This document shows, piece after piece, positions 47,823 through 57,380 of a stretch of 64,000 nt of DNA. Within the stretch, counting starts at the first letter, position 1. Every line of letters starts with the position of its first letter. The DNA is from Patescibacteria group bacterium (GTDB lineage Bacteria; Patescibacteriota; Minisyncoccia; UBA6257; 2-01-FULL-56-20). The notes under the pieces are model-generated. The model saw only the letters and a program-made list of their open reading frames with translations, was not told the DNA's origin and made no database searches. Where the stretch lies: positions 245,687-309,686 of the forward strand of contig JAGXBC010000001.1 in NCBI GenBank assembly GCA_018971305.1. The letters run 5' to 3'. The position numbers and the translations under genes were made by a program.

Positions 47823-48858
47823 GAAAAAAGATTCCAATCCGGGAACGAGCAGGTGGTTTTATTTTATTAACTACGGAGTTTTGGCTGTGGTTTCAGCTAT
47901 GTTTATTGTTCTCGACGGACGTGGTGCACTGGCCAAGGAAAATTTTGTCGGTTTTTATCTGAATTTTTTGTTTTTCTCCGGGCGAACAGTCGTAATTTGG
48001 ATAGCCATTGCCGCCAGCGTAGGTATGCTGGCGATACTGATAATAAGTTTTGTTGAGCATGCGTTTTCGTCATCAGAGCCGGCCATCTTTTTAAGAAAGA
48101 TTTTTAGTAAAGCCGGCCTTGGATTCGTTATTAGAGGAATAAAAAATTTTTTTCTTTTTGCTTGTCCGGCACTTGCCAGTTACCTGGTTCTGAGCTTGGC
48201 CCTCGGTGCCATCAATACGAGCGGTGCTTTGCGGCTTAAGGATGGATTGATTCTGTCTTGGGATGCGGCGATAACCGGCACATATCCTTTTATTGCCCTT
48301 GGAAATATCCATTATCCCGCCTGGATTTTTTCTTCCGTTACCTGGTCTTTTGATGCGCTGCCGATGGCCGTTACGATTTTCGCCTTTTATCTTTCTCTTA
48401 AAAATATACGGCTTGTCAGGGAATATTCCACTGCTTTCTCTCTTGCCTTGTTCATTATGCTCCCCGTCTGGTTTTTATTCCCGGCGCTTAGCCCGCAGGA
48501 TCGCTATATCGACAATGTTTATAAACTGCCGATTCCACAGGAAATACAGGCCCGGCTGGCCTCTTTTAATCCGCAAAAAGAGTTAACAGATTTTTTCCTA
48601 TCTATGAGGGATAGTAAAAAAAATTTGAACGGAGTTATGCCGACAACGACTATGCCTAGTGCTCACGTGGCCTGGGGAGCTTTGCTTTTTATTTACGCCC
48701 TCCGCGACAGGAAATTATTGGGTTGGATTTTATTCCCCATAGTTGCGCTCTCAACTCTTGGAACGATTGTTCTCGCCCAGCATTATTTTGTTGATATGCC
48801 GACCGGCATTTTATTCGGGCTTGCCGCCGCCGCACTCGCGAAGTTCAGCCTGTCATAA
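47803..48858 (+). CDS. PAP2-superfamily membrane enzyme (Aur1/IPC-synthase-like)
   Basis: Multi-TM; FPALSP, MPSAHVAW, HYFVD...G; ATG at 47803 preferred. Confidence 0.82.
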   Translation: MRGEEVKKKDSNPGTSRWFYFINYGVLAVVSAMFIVLDGRGALAKENFVGFYLNFLFFSGRTVVIWIAIAASVGMLAILIISFVEHAFSSSEPAIFLRKIFSKAGLGFVIRGIKNFFLFACPALASYLVLSLALGAINTSGALRLKDGLILSWDAAITGTYPFIALGNIHYPAWIFSSVTWSFDALPMAVTIFAFYLSLKNIRLVREYSTAFSLALFIMLPVWFLFPALSPQDRYIDNVYKLPIPQEIQARLASFNPQKELTDFFLSMRDSKKNLNGVMPTTTMPSAHVAWGALLFIYALRDRKLLGWILFPIVALSTLGTIVLAQHYFVDMPTGILFGLAAAALAKFSLS

Positions 48859-48871
48859 CCTATTTATTCGG

Positions 48872-48953
48872 TGCCCAGGAGAGGATTTGAACCTCTACGC
48901 CTTTCGGCACGAGCTCCTAAAGCTCGCGTGTCTGCCAATTTCACCACCTGGGC
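48872..48953 (-). tRNA. tRNA-Leu(TAG)
   Basis: GCCCAGG acceptor, CGAGC-TTTAGGA-GCTCG anticodon arm, long variable arm, GTTCAAATC; no encoded CCA. Confidence 0.95.
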
Positions 48954-48965
48954 AATCGTGGCCTG

Positions 48966-49037
48966 TGCGCGCTGGGGGGATCGAACCCTCGGCCTACTCG
49001 GTGTAAACGAGTCGCTCTGCCACTGAGCTAAGCGCGC
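48966..49037 (-). tRNA. tRNA-Val(TAC)
   Basis: GCGCGCT acceptor, ACTCG-TTTACAC-CGAGT, GTTCGATCC. Confidence 0.95.
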
Positions 49038-49041
49038 CGCT

Positions 49042-49830
49042 TCAAGAAAATTCTAACACCATCGGCAGATGGTCGGAAACGTCTATGTCCGGCACGCTGA
49101 AATTTAGCACATTTACGTCGGGAGATACAAATGTATAATCGGCGAACGCTTGGAATTCCGGTTTGCCATAGAATGGAGAGATCTTGCTGCGAGTACGCTC
49201 AATGCCGAATGTCTTAATAAGATTTTTCATGCCTGTGCGTTCTATCATTGCAATGCTTTCGGTGTCGGGCAGCAGATTGAAATCACCGCAAAGTATTTTC
49301 TGGCCCTCTTCGCGCGCGAGAAAGTTTATTATCTTTTGCGATTGTATAAGGCGTTCCGGCGTGTCGGACTTATTTCCTGGCGGATAGGGAAGGCCGTGGA
49401 TGTTTACAATTAACAATTGATTTTCTGGTATCCCTTTTGGTTCAATCCTGATGTATTGAAAATTAGAAGGTTGGCCCTCGGCAAGTTGTGTCGTGTCCGG
49501 CAACTCTATTTTTCTTAGATTTACAAACACGCTGCCGCTTGAGTGCATATGCAGTATTTTGTTTCTAATAAATATTGCTTGTCCTAATGACACATTATGT
49601 TCTGACAATCTGCTGACTTCCGGTGCGAAATGATAATCAAATTCTTTAAGCATAGTTTTAAGTTCAGTCAGGATATCTATCCGTATTTCTTCGCCATCTG
49701 GTTGGATGGATGGAGATTCCGCTATTTCCTGAAAGCAAAAAATATCGGTATCAGCCGATTGCTCCTTGATGAATTTCATGAGCGGTTCATATATCTTTCC
49801 GCCCCAGATGTTTAGGGAAATAAGTTTCAT
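49042..49830 (-). CDS. Endonuclease/exonuclease/phosphatase (EEP) family protein
   Basis: SLNIW, DIFCFQE, N.HG, ILCGDFN, DY.FVS, SDHLP. Confidence 0.92.
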   Translation of the reverse strand: MKLISLNIWGGKIYEPLMKFIKEQSADTDIFCFQEIAESPSIQPDGEEIRIDILTELKTMLKEFDYHFAPEVSRLSEHNVSLGQAIFIRNKILHMHSSGSVFVNLRKIELPDTTQLAEGQPSNFQYIRIEPKGIPENQLLIVNIHGLPYPPGNKSDTPERLIQSQKIINFLAREEGQKILCGDFNLLPDTESIAMIERTGMKNLIKTFGIERTRSKISPFYGKPEFQAFADYTFVSPDVNVLNFSVPDIDVSDHLPMVLEFS

Positions 49831-49840
49831 ATTTGTTTTG

Positions 49841-49912
49841 TGCCCCCGGTAGGAATCGAACCCACATCAACGCCTTAGAAGAGCGTTGCTTTATCCATTA
49901 AGCTACGAGGGC
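49841..49912 (-). tRNA. tRNA-Arg(TCT)
   Basis: GCCCTCG acceptor, ACGCT-CTTCTAA-GGCGT, GTTCGATTC. Confidence 0.95.
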
Positions 49913-50214
49913 CTTGTTCTTCCCCAATATCCTAACTGAATATATGTTTTTCGTCTATGACAATTAGCACAACGAATGTCGCATTTATTTATTTCTCGCT
50001 CGATAGATTCCCAAGAGTAATGACCGGATAACATTTTCCCGACAATTTTAAATTTATTTTTCTGGTCGCGGTGATCGAACTCCAAAACTATCGGATCTTT
50101 TTCTCCACAATCTATACATTTCTTTGTGGATAGAAAAGAAAACAATTTTGCTCTTACTTTGAGTCGGTGTCTTTTCTGCGCAGCATATAATGCCGCTCTT
50201 TCTTTGTATGGCAT
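49903..50214 (-). CDS. Small HNH (His-Me finger) endonuclease-like protein
   Basis: CIDCGE.DP.VLEFDH...CDIRCANCHRRKT; ATG at 50214 fits the TTGCAA-16-TAGAAT promoter; stop codon lies inside tRNA-Arg. Confidence 0.85.
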   Translation of the reverse strand: MPYKERAALYAAQKRHRLKVRAKLFSFLSTKKCIDCGEKDPIVLEFDHRDQKNKFKIVGKMLSGHYSWESIEREINKCDIRCANCHRRKTYIQLGYWGRTRPS

Positions 50215-50288
50215 ATTGTATAAAACCATTCTAACCCAGATTGTTAATATTGCAAAATGGCGTCAGATTTATACACTATCTATATATT

Positions 50289-50327
50289 CGGGCTTGCCCG
50301 CCATAGCGCGCAAGCGCGAAGGCGGGC
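50289..50327. repeat. GCCCGCC...GGCGGGC mini-palindrome overlapping the tRNA-Pro 5' end
   Basis: CGGGC duplicated at 50289 and 50323; internal GCGC-GCAA-GCGC hairpin. Confidence 0.65.
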
Positions 50328-50393
50328 CGTCGTATACCGGTAGTACGCGTGCTTTGGGAGCACGTAGACTGGGTTCAATTCCCAGCGGCCCGA
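50323..50393 (+). tRNA. tRNA-Pro(TGG)
   Basis: CGGGCCG/CGGCCCG acceptor, CGTGC-TTTGGGA-GCACG, GTTCAATTC. Confidence 0.93.
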
Positions 50394-50570
50394 CATTAGA
50401 AACATCTTAGCGAGTATGTCGAGCCTAGATGTTCTTATGTCCCGCAGAAGCATGGCGGATGCGGGACTAATGGTTTTTGCGAGCGCTCTAAATTTTCAAG
50501 ACCAGACCGAGTATAATTAATTTTATCGTACTTGAATAAGGATTTTACTTTCGTTACAATACGAAAAATC

Positions 50571-50642
50571 GCCTGGGTAGCTCAGTGGTAGAGCGCAGCC
50601 CTGAAGAGGCTGGCGTCCGGTGTTCGATTCACCGCCCAGGCA
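50571..50642 (+). tRNA. tRNA-Phe(GAA)
   Basis: GCCTGGG acceptor, CAGCC-CTGAAGA-GGCTG, GTTCGATTC. Confidence 0.96.
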
Positions 50643-50649
50643 CAAAAAT

Positions 50650-50676
50650 AAAAAACCGCCGATACGGCGGTTTTTT
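50650..50676. terminator. Bidirectional terminator (tRNA-Phe / rpsA)
   Basis: AAAAAACCGCCG-ATA-CGGCGGTTTTTT. Confidence 0.85.
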
Positions 50677-50685
50677 AAATGGAGA

Positions 50686-51789
50686 CTACTTCTTCAATTT
50701 CAGAACAATTCTTTTTTCTTCGGGTTTTACCGAGTCAATTACGAATTTGTGTGGAGTGTCCGGGGTCAATGCCGCTTTCATTTCGTCGGCGCCGCCGAAT
50801 TCCGAAATGTGTATGAGCCCCTGGTGTCCGCCTTCCAGGTTAATAACCGCTCCGAATGGATTGAATTTATAGACGGTGCCGGAAATTTCTTGGCCGGCTT
50901 TGTATGATTCGCTTATTCTTTCCCAAGGATTGGACTCCATGGCTTTAAGCGAAAGGAAAACCTTGCCCTCTTTAATGTCTACGATTTTTATTTTTATCTG
51001 GTCGTTAACTTTTACTATCTCTTTAGGATTATCCACGAGGCGGTGGGCGAGCTCCGAAATATGGACCATGCCTTCAATGTCCGGGTTATCAACGAAGCGC
51101 ACGAAAACTCCGAAGTCGGCGATGCCCGAAACCAATCCATCCACGACTTGCCCTACGGAATATTTGGACAATAATTCTTTGACGTTGGCCGAGAGAACTT
51201 CGCGTTCGGAAACTATCAGTTTATTGCTCCGGGGATTCATATCTATGATCTTCACGCCTAATTCTTCGCCGATGAATTTTTTAAGTTCGTCTGCTATTTT
51301 TTGGCGATCGTTGTCCGTAACGCGGGGGTAGTGGTCAAGAGATAACTGCGAAACAGGCAGGAAAGCTTTAAGGTCTATGTCACCGACAGAGGTAGTAAGC
51401 CCTCCGGCGTTCGCTGCCAACACCTTTACTTTAATAACTTCGCCGATTTCCATGAGGTCTCCGACTTGTTGCCAGAGTTTTTGTTTTCCGGCTTCCGACA
51501 GAGAAAGTTCTATGTAGCCGTTCTCGCCGTCAACATTAACGATTTTTGCAGGGATTTTTGCTCCTACTTCCAGATTACGTAAAATTTCCCTGGCGTTTAT
51601 GGCCTCAACTCCGAAGACAAGGCCGGTTCCGAATCTTCCTAAATCAAAGTAGGCCTCGCGGGGAAGTTTCTTGATAAGCGTCGCTTCCACGACGTTGCTT
51701 TCCCTCGGCCAATCTGCGGCTTGCAGCTCGTTCTTGATAGCCGTGGTCAGAGCCGAATCTATTTTGTCGTTTTGTTCTACTGTTGGCAT
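50686..51789 (-). CDS. rpsA: 30S ribosomal protein S1 (four S1 domains)
   Basis: AFLPVSQL, FGVFV...EGMVHISEL, FGA...GLIHISE. Confidence 0.88.
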   Translation of the reverse strand: MPTVEQNDKIDSALTTAIKNELQAADWPRESNVVEATLIKKLPREAYFDLGRFGTGLVFGVEAINAREILRNLEVGAKIPAKIVNVDGENGYIELSLSEAGKQKLWQQVGDLMEIGEVIKVKVLAANAGGLTTSVGDIDLKAFLPVSQLSLDHYPRVTDNDRQKIADELKKFIGEELGVKIIDMNPRSNKLIVSEREVLSANVKELLSKYSVGQVVDGLVSGIADFGVFVRFVDNPDIEGMVHISELAHRLVDNPKEIVKVNDQIKIKIVDIKEGKVFLSLKAMESNPWERISESYKAGQEISGTVYKFNPFGAVINLEGGHQGLIHISEFGGADEMKAALTPDTPHKFVIDSVKPEEKRIVLKLKK

Positions 51790-51856
51790 TAGGGTTGATT
51801 ATAGATATCTAAACAAAAAAAGCAAGTTTTATAAAAAAAGAAGCCCGGTTTGGGCT

Positions 51857-52468
51857 TCAGATGTAGTAAGGCTTGAATCTTTCTACCGTTTCAGACCACA
51901 GTTGGCGGTCCAGTTCGGGGTCCATTGTCCGCCAATTGGCTCTCTCGGGTCGCCCGAGAGCTTTGGCCGCAACTATCCGCCAGTACATTGATTCTGCGGG
52001 AGGATTCCAGCAGACCTGTGGTCCCTCGTCGTGTCCTATCCAAAAAAGATAGGGCCGCGGGTTTTTCTGATAAAGAGTTGCCAGTTTGCTTAGGGGATAA
52101 AAGGATTCTACTTCCGCGTTGGGAAAATCTTTGGCAATTGCTACGGAAGGTTTTATGTCGAAGGGTATTATATGAATATGGGCATGCGGTATTGTTTGTG
52201 CGACCTTACCATGCTCAACGATGGTAACTGGAGATTCATATTCGCATAAAGTTATAGTGGCAGCGGACAATACCATCAAGTCCAACTCTTCGTGGATAAC
52301 TTTTTCGTCCAGAGCTCCGATACAGGGAACCTGCTCCTTGGGGAAAATAAGCGTGTAGCCGCCGTCAGTGATTTGTCCTAGGGTTGCAATTTGATGAAAT
52401 CCTGGGCTCTCATATATGTGTCGTTCTTCAAACTGAGTTCTGTCACAAAAAGCGCATGGTTTGTCCAT
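51857..52468 (-). CDS. HIT-family nucleotide hydrolase
   Basis: N-terminal C.FC, GY.LI.PK, EHG...QTIPHAHIHIIP. Confidence 0.85.
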   Translation of the reverse strand: MDKPCAFCDRTQFEERHIYESPGFHQIATLGQITDGGYTLIFPKEQVPCIGALDEKVIHEELDLMVLSAATITLCEYESPVTIVEHGKVAQTIPHAHIHIIPFDIKPSVAIAKDFPNAEVESFYPLSKLATLYQKNPRPYLFWIGHDEGPQVCWNPPAESMYWRIVAAKALGRPERANWRTMDPELDRQLWSETVERFKPYYI

Positions 52469-52645
52469 CTGGTCACCCCTTAAATTAATATCGCTGCCCG
52501 AAGTTTATGTTTTGCCCGTGTTTTTGTCAATAAATAACCGGCTGCAGACAGAGTGGTATTTCCCTGTCTGCCGGGAAATAGGAACTGGCAGATAATAAAA
52601 AAGACATTGGCAATTAAGGCGAATTTCTGCTAAAATATATGAGAA

Positions 52646-53215
52646 ATGGTCATCAATTATTTGGGTAATGGCTCGTTCAGGTTGCAGAGCGGAGAAACAT
52701 CGCTTCTCGTCAATCCCGAAAACAACCGCTTCAAGGCGGATGTCGTTTTGCGCACTCTTTCACCGGTTGATTTGGCCAAAGACGAGAATGCCGCGCCGAA
52801 CGAAATTTCTTTCGCCGGCGAATATGAAATAAAAGGAGTGGAGATAACTGGCATCGCGCTTCCCGAGGAATCCGGAGAAAAATTTTTGAAGACGGCCTAT
52901 TCTGTTAAATGGGAAGATATCAAGCTGGCTTTCTTGGGGCATATGTCCAAGATGCCTTCGTCCGATATCATGGAGAGATTGGCCGAGCCGGATGTTTTGT
53001 TCTTGCCGGTCGGCGGCGGGCATTTTCTTTCTCCGGAACTTGCGGCGAAACTGGTGAAGCAGATTGAGCCGGCTTTTGTAATCCCGGATTTTTATAAAAG
53101 CCCCGCAGATTTTTTAAAGGCCATGGGCCAGAAGGCGGAGCCGCAGGAAAAATTGGTTTTTAAGAAAAAAGATCTGGAGAATTCTAAGAGCCAGGTTATT
53201 GTATTGAAAACATAA
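52646..53215 (+). CDS. Metallo-beta-lactamase-fold protein (degenerate metal site)
   Basis: I.YLG..SFR, GEYEIKGV.I.G, PDVLFLPVGG, IEP..VIP; typical HxHxDH not visible. Confidence 0.75.
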   Translation: MVINYLGNGSFRLQSGETSLLVNPENNRFKADVVLRTLSPVDLAKDENAAPNEISFAGEYEIKGVEITGIALPEESGEKFLKTAYSVKWEDIKLAFLGHMSKMPSSDIMERLAEPDVLFLPVGGGHFLSPELAAKLVKQIEPAFVIPDFYKSPADFLKAMGQKAEPQEKLVFKKKDLENSKSQVIVLKT

Positions 53216-53232
53216 CGATATAAGATTAAAAA

Positions 53233-53562
53233 ATGGAAGATTTTTTGGGGAAAATTCAATCCGCGGACGAATCGACGAAAAGGCGCTGGATTATAATATG
53301 TACGATAGTCATTATGGTTGTTATTCTGTATGTCTGGCTTGCCTACTTTAATAATCTGATGGCCAGCGTTTCCAATCAGGGGGAGAATATTGCCGATACG
53401 TCAGGCAGTCCGGCTGCAGCCCGTACGAGCAGCGGCTCGACGTTTTTACAATCTGTAAAAAATTCTCCGGCCTTCATCTACAATATTTTTACCAATAGCA
53501 TCAGTTTCCTTGGCGGGATTCTACAATCACCGCGCGAATATATAGTTAAGCCGCCGCAATAA
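53233..53562 (+). CDS. Small single-TM hypothetical protein
   Basis: KRRW plus TM; packed between the MBL gene and gyrA. Confidence 0.65.
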   Translation: MEDFLGKIQSADESTKRRWIIICTIVIMVVILYVWLAYFNNLMASVSNQGENIADTSGSPAAARTSSGSTFLQSVKNSPAFIYNIFTNSISFLGGILQSPREYIVKPPQ

Positions 53563-53566
53563 ACTT

Positions 53567-56005
53567 ATGTCTAACATCGAACCACGGGAAATAACAAAAG
53601 AGCTTAAGGAGTCGTATTTGGATTACGCCATGTCCGTGATAGTCTCGCGCGCCCTGCCCGACGTGCGCGACGGACTAAAACCGGTGCACAGGAGAATTCT
53701 CTGGGACATGTGGGACAGCGGGCTCACGCATCTTTCCAAATTCAGAAAATCGGCGAACGTCATCGGTCAGGTTCTGGCTCGCTACCATCCGCACGGCGAT
53801 GTTGCGGTTTACGATGCCCTCGTGAGAATGGCCCAGGATTTTTCTTTGCGATATCCCCTGATAGACGGGCAGGGAAACTTCGGTTCCATCGACGGCGATT
53901 CGGCTGCCGCTTACAGGTATACCGAGGCCAAACTCTCTAAAATATCAGAAGAGCTGCTTTTGGATATAGATAAAGAAACCGTGGAATGGCGGCCGAATTA
54001 CGATGCAACACGCGAAGAGCCGTCTGTTTTGCCGGCCAAATTGCCGAATTTATTACTAAATGGTTCTTTGGGTATCGCGGTCGGTATGACCACGAATATC
54101 CCGCCGCATAATTTGACCGAAATTGCCGACGCGATTTTGTATCTGGCGGATAACTCCGATGCCACGAGCGAAGACCTTTTGAAATTTATTAAAGGACCGG
54201 ACTTTCCTACTGGCGGTATAATTTTTGACGAAAAGGCGATTAAGGCCGCCTATGTTTCCGGCCGGGGAGGAATTACCACGCGAGCCAAGGCGGAAATAAC
54301 AGAAAAAAAGAATAAGCAATTCGACATAGTTATTACCGAGATTCCTTATCAGGTGAACAAATCAGAGCTAATCAAGAAAATTGCCGAGCTTGCCCAAGAT
54401 AAAAAGATAGACGGCATCCGCGATATCCGCGACGAATCCGACAGGGAAGGATTGCGTGTTGTGATCGAGCTCAAGAACAGCGTCCCGCCGCAGAAGATTT
54501 TGAATCAGCTTTACAATCACACCGACCTGCAAAAAGATTTTCACCTCAATATGATTGCGCTTGTGAACGGAATTGAGCCGCAATTACTTTCGGTTAAAGA
54601 CGTGCTCGCTGAATATCTCGGCCACAGGAAGAACGTCGTCAAAAGACGCACGCAATTTGACCTGAAGAAAGCCGAGGAGAGGGCCCATATTTTATCCGGT
54701 CTGCATAAAGCCCTTGGAGTTATAGATAAGGTCATCGCTACGATCAAAAAATCCAAAGACCGTGAGGATGCCCACATAAACCTTGTAAAAATTTTCAAAC
54801 TTTCGGATATTCAGGCGACGGCGATATTGGAGATGAAACTGCAAACCTTAGCGGCTCTGGAGCGCGAGAAGATTGAGGCGGAACTAAAAGAAAAGCTGGA
54901 AATAATTAAGGAGCTGAACTTGATATTAAAAAGCCCGGCTAGAATTTTGAAGATAATAAAAGACGAGATAAGCGAGCTCAAAGAAAAGTATGGCGACGAT
55001 AGGCGTACGCACGTCGTTGCCACGCCGCTCAAGGCCTTCCACGACGAGGATTTAATTCCGGAAGAAGACGCCATAGTAACTTTCTCCGCCGGCGGTTATA
55101 TCAAACGTCTGCCGCCGGATACTTTCCGGGCCCAGAAGCGGGGCGGCAAGGGGCTAATCGGTTCGGAAGTTTCCGAAGAAGATGTACTTTCTCAGTTTTT
55201 CAGCGCCAAAACCCACGACAATCTGCTTTTCTTTACCGACAAGGGCCGAGTTTTTCAGACCAAGGTTTACGAGATACCCCCGGCAAGCCGTGTGTCCAAG
55301 GGCCGCGCCATACACAATTTCTTGGAGATACCGACAGACGAAAATGTTAGCGCGATTATCAGTTATTCAGAAAAAAAGGAAAAAACAAAAGAAAAAAGTT
55401 TCCTGATTATGGCTACGCAGAAAGGGCTTATCAAAAAAACAACGCTTGAAGATTTTATGAACATCCGCCGCACCGGAATTATCGCCATCGCTCTTAAAAA
55501 GGGAGATATTTTGAAATGGGTCCGACTCTCCGGCGGCAGCGACCAGATCATGATAACCACTAAGCTTGGCCAATCAATAAGATTTGAAGAGAAGCAGATC
55601 AGAGCTATGGGGCGAACGGCAGCTGGCGTTCGGGCAGTGAGATTGAAGAAAGACGATGAAGTCGCCGGTTTTGATATAATTGAAGAGTCAAGATTAAAGG
55701 GACAAGATACGAGATTATTGGTTGTTATGACTAACGGTTTCGCCAAGCAAACGCCGCTCAAGGAATATAAAATTCAGCATCGCGGCGGTTCCGGCATAAA
55801 AACCGCGAAGATAACGGCTAAAACCGGTCCGCTCGTGTCCGCACATGTAATTGGCGAAGAAAAAGAGATATTCGCGCTCTCTGCCAAGGGACAGATGATC
55901 CGAACTAATTTGGAGAGCGTAAGAAAAACAGGACGTTCGGCCCAGGGGGTGAAAATTATGAACTTGAAGGCCGGGGATAAGCTGGCGGGGACCGTAATTA
56001 TATAA
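53567..56005 (+). CDS. gyrA: DNA gyrase subunit A
   Basis: [33 protein letters not shown], GyrA-box QKRGGKG, pinwheel repeats. Confidence 0.98.
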   Translation: MSNIEPREITKELKESYLDYAMSVIVSRALPDVRDGLKPVHRRILWDMWDSGLTHLSKFRKSANVIGQVLARYHPHGDVAVYDALVRMAQDFSLRYPLIDGQGNFGSIDGDSAAAYRYTEAKLSKISEELLLDIDKETVEWRPNYDATREEPSVLPAKLPNLLLNGSLGIAVGMTTNIPPHNLTEIADAILYLADNSDATSEDLLKFIKGPDFPTGGIIFDEKAIKAAYVSGRGGITTRAKAEITEKKNKQFDIVITEIPYQVNKSELIKKIAELAQDKKIDGIRDIRDESDREGLRVVIELKNSVPPQKILNQLYNHTDLQKDFHLNMIALVNGIEPQLLSVKDVLAEYLGHRKNVVKRRTQFDLKKAEERAHILSGLHKALGVIDKVIATIKKSKDREDAHINLVKIFKLSDIQATAILEMKLQTLAALEREKIEAELKEKLEIIKELNLILKSPARILKIIKDEISELKEKYGDDRRTHVVATPLKAFHDEDLIPEEDAIVTFSAGGYIKRLPPDTFRAQKRGGKGLIGSEVSEEDVLSQFFSAKTHDNLLFFTDKGRVFQTKVYEIPPASRVSKGRAIHNFLEIPTDENVSAIISYSEKKEKTKEKSFLIMATQKGLIKKTTLEDFMNIRRTGIIAIALKKGDILKWVRLSGGSDQIMITTKLGQSIRFEEKQIRAMGRTAAGVRAVRLKKDDEVAGFDIIEESRLKGQDTRLLVVMTNGFAKQTPLKEYKIQHRGGSGIKTAKITAKTGPLVSAHVIGEEKEIFALSAKGQMIRTNLESVRKTGRSAQGVKIMNLKAGDKLAGTVII

Positions 56006-56060
56006 AAAGCCGATTAGCTGGTTAGCTATCACGCTATCAAGCTGTAGGGCTGATAAGCTA

Positions 56061-57344
56061 ATGAAGTTTTCCAAAAAACAAATAATCATTATAGCTGGAG
56101 GAGCAGTTTTATCTATTGTTTTAATCTATTTAGTTGCCGCAAATATCCGTCCCAAGCCCACCGTGGGGCCAAGTTTGACTTTGAATCTTTGGGGATTGGA
56201 CGATAAATCCGCAATGTCCAAAATCATCGGCGGCTATCAAAAACTTAGGCCGACAGTTAAAGTAAATTACCAGCAATTCTCTCCTGCCGATTACGAAAAC
56301 CAGCTTCTTGAAGCGATGGCTTCCGGCCAGAGCCCGGATATCTTCTATATCGGCAACCATGGCGTACCCAAGAGTTTAGACAGAATTGTCGCCGTGAGTC
56401 CGACACAGTTTAATTTATCGGGCATACGGTCATTATTCCCGGCGGCCGTTGAGCAGGATTTTGTGCAGAACGGAACGATTTACGCCTTGCCCTTGTATAT
56501 GGATACAATGGCTCTCATATATAACAAGGATTATTTCAATCAGGCGGCGATTGTTTATCCTCCGAAGACCTGGAACGATTTCCAAAACGATGTGAAGATT
56601 CTCAGGGTTATCAGTCCGAACGGGCAAATTGCCCGCGCTGGAGCCGCACTCGGCGGTTCGGAAAAAACTGTTGATGCCGGCGTGGACTTAATCAATCTCC
56701 TGATGCTGCAGAACGGAACGCAGATGATACCGAGCAACTTCCAGGGTTACACCCCACAGGGTTTTGGCGACTCGGGCTTGGCGGCATTCAATTTTTATCT
56801 GCAGTTTGTTAACAGCACTTCTCCTTATTACACTTGGAACGAGGGGCAGGGCAATTCCTTAGACAGCTTTGCCGGCGGCAAGACGGCGATGATTCTTAAC
56901 TATCAATCGGCCATTTCCGTTATCCAGAGTAAGGGTCCTTATATAAATCTGGCCGTTGCGCCGATGCCTCAGCCGACCGGTGCAAAACTTGATGTCAATT
57001 ATCCTCGCTATTATGGCCTTGTTGTTTCCAAGCTCAGTAAAGCAACGAGTTGGGCCTGGGATTTTGTAATTTACGCGTCTACAAACGAGAGCGCGCAACA
57101 AGCTTATTTAGGAGCAACCGGCAGGCCGCCGGCGCTACTTTCGCTTATCAATGCCGACTTGAATGATTTGAATTTGGGGGTTTTTGCCAAGCAGGCGCTT
57201 ACCGCCCGCTCCTGGTATATACCGGATGATACTAAAGTTGAAGACAGCTTCAACTCGGCGATAGAGAATGTTCTTAGCGGCAAGATAAATTCCAAGGTTG
57301 CTCTTGATCAAGTGGGAGGAGCAATAGGGCAATTATTGAAATAA
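56061..57344 (+). CDS. Membrane-anchored sugar-type ABC solute-binding protein (no permease nearby)
   Basis: PDIF, YALP..DT.AL.YNKD.F, PP.TW, F..GK.AM, AP.PQ. Confidence 0.88.
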   Translation: MKFSKKQIIIIAGGAVLSIVLIYLVAANIRPKPTVGPSLTLNLWGLDDKSAMSKIIGGYQKLRPTVKVNYQQFSPADYENQLLEAMASGQSPDIFYIGNHGVPKSLDRIVAVSPTQFNLSGIRSLFPAAVEQDFVQNGTIYALPLYMDTMALIYNKDYFNQAAIVYPPKTWNDFQNDVKILRVISPNGQIARAGAALGGSEKTVDAGVDLINLLMLQNGTQMIPSNFQGYTPQGFGDSGLAAFNFYLQFVNSTSPYYTWNEGQGNSLDSFAGGKTAMILNYQSAISVIQSKGPYINLAVAPMPQPTGAKLDVNYPRYYGLVVSKLSKATSWAWDFVIYASTNESAQQAYLGATGRPPALLSLINADLNDLNLGVFAKQALTARSWYIPDDTKVEDSFNSAIENVLSGKINSKVALDQVGGAIGQLLK

Positions 57345-57380
57345 CAAAACGCATAACCCTGAACACCGATAATTAAGCCG

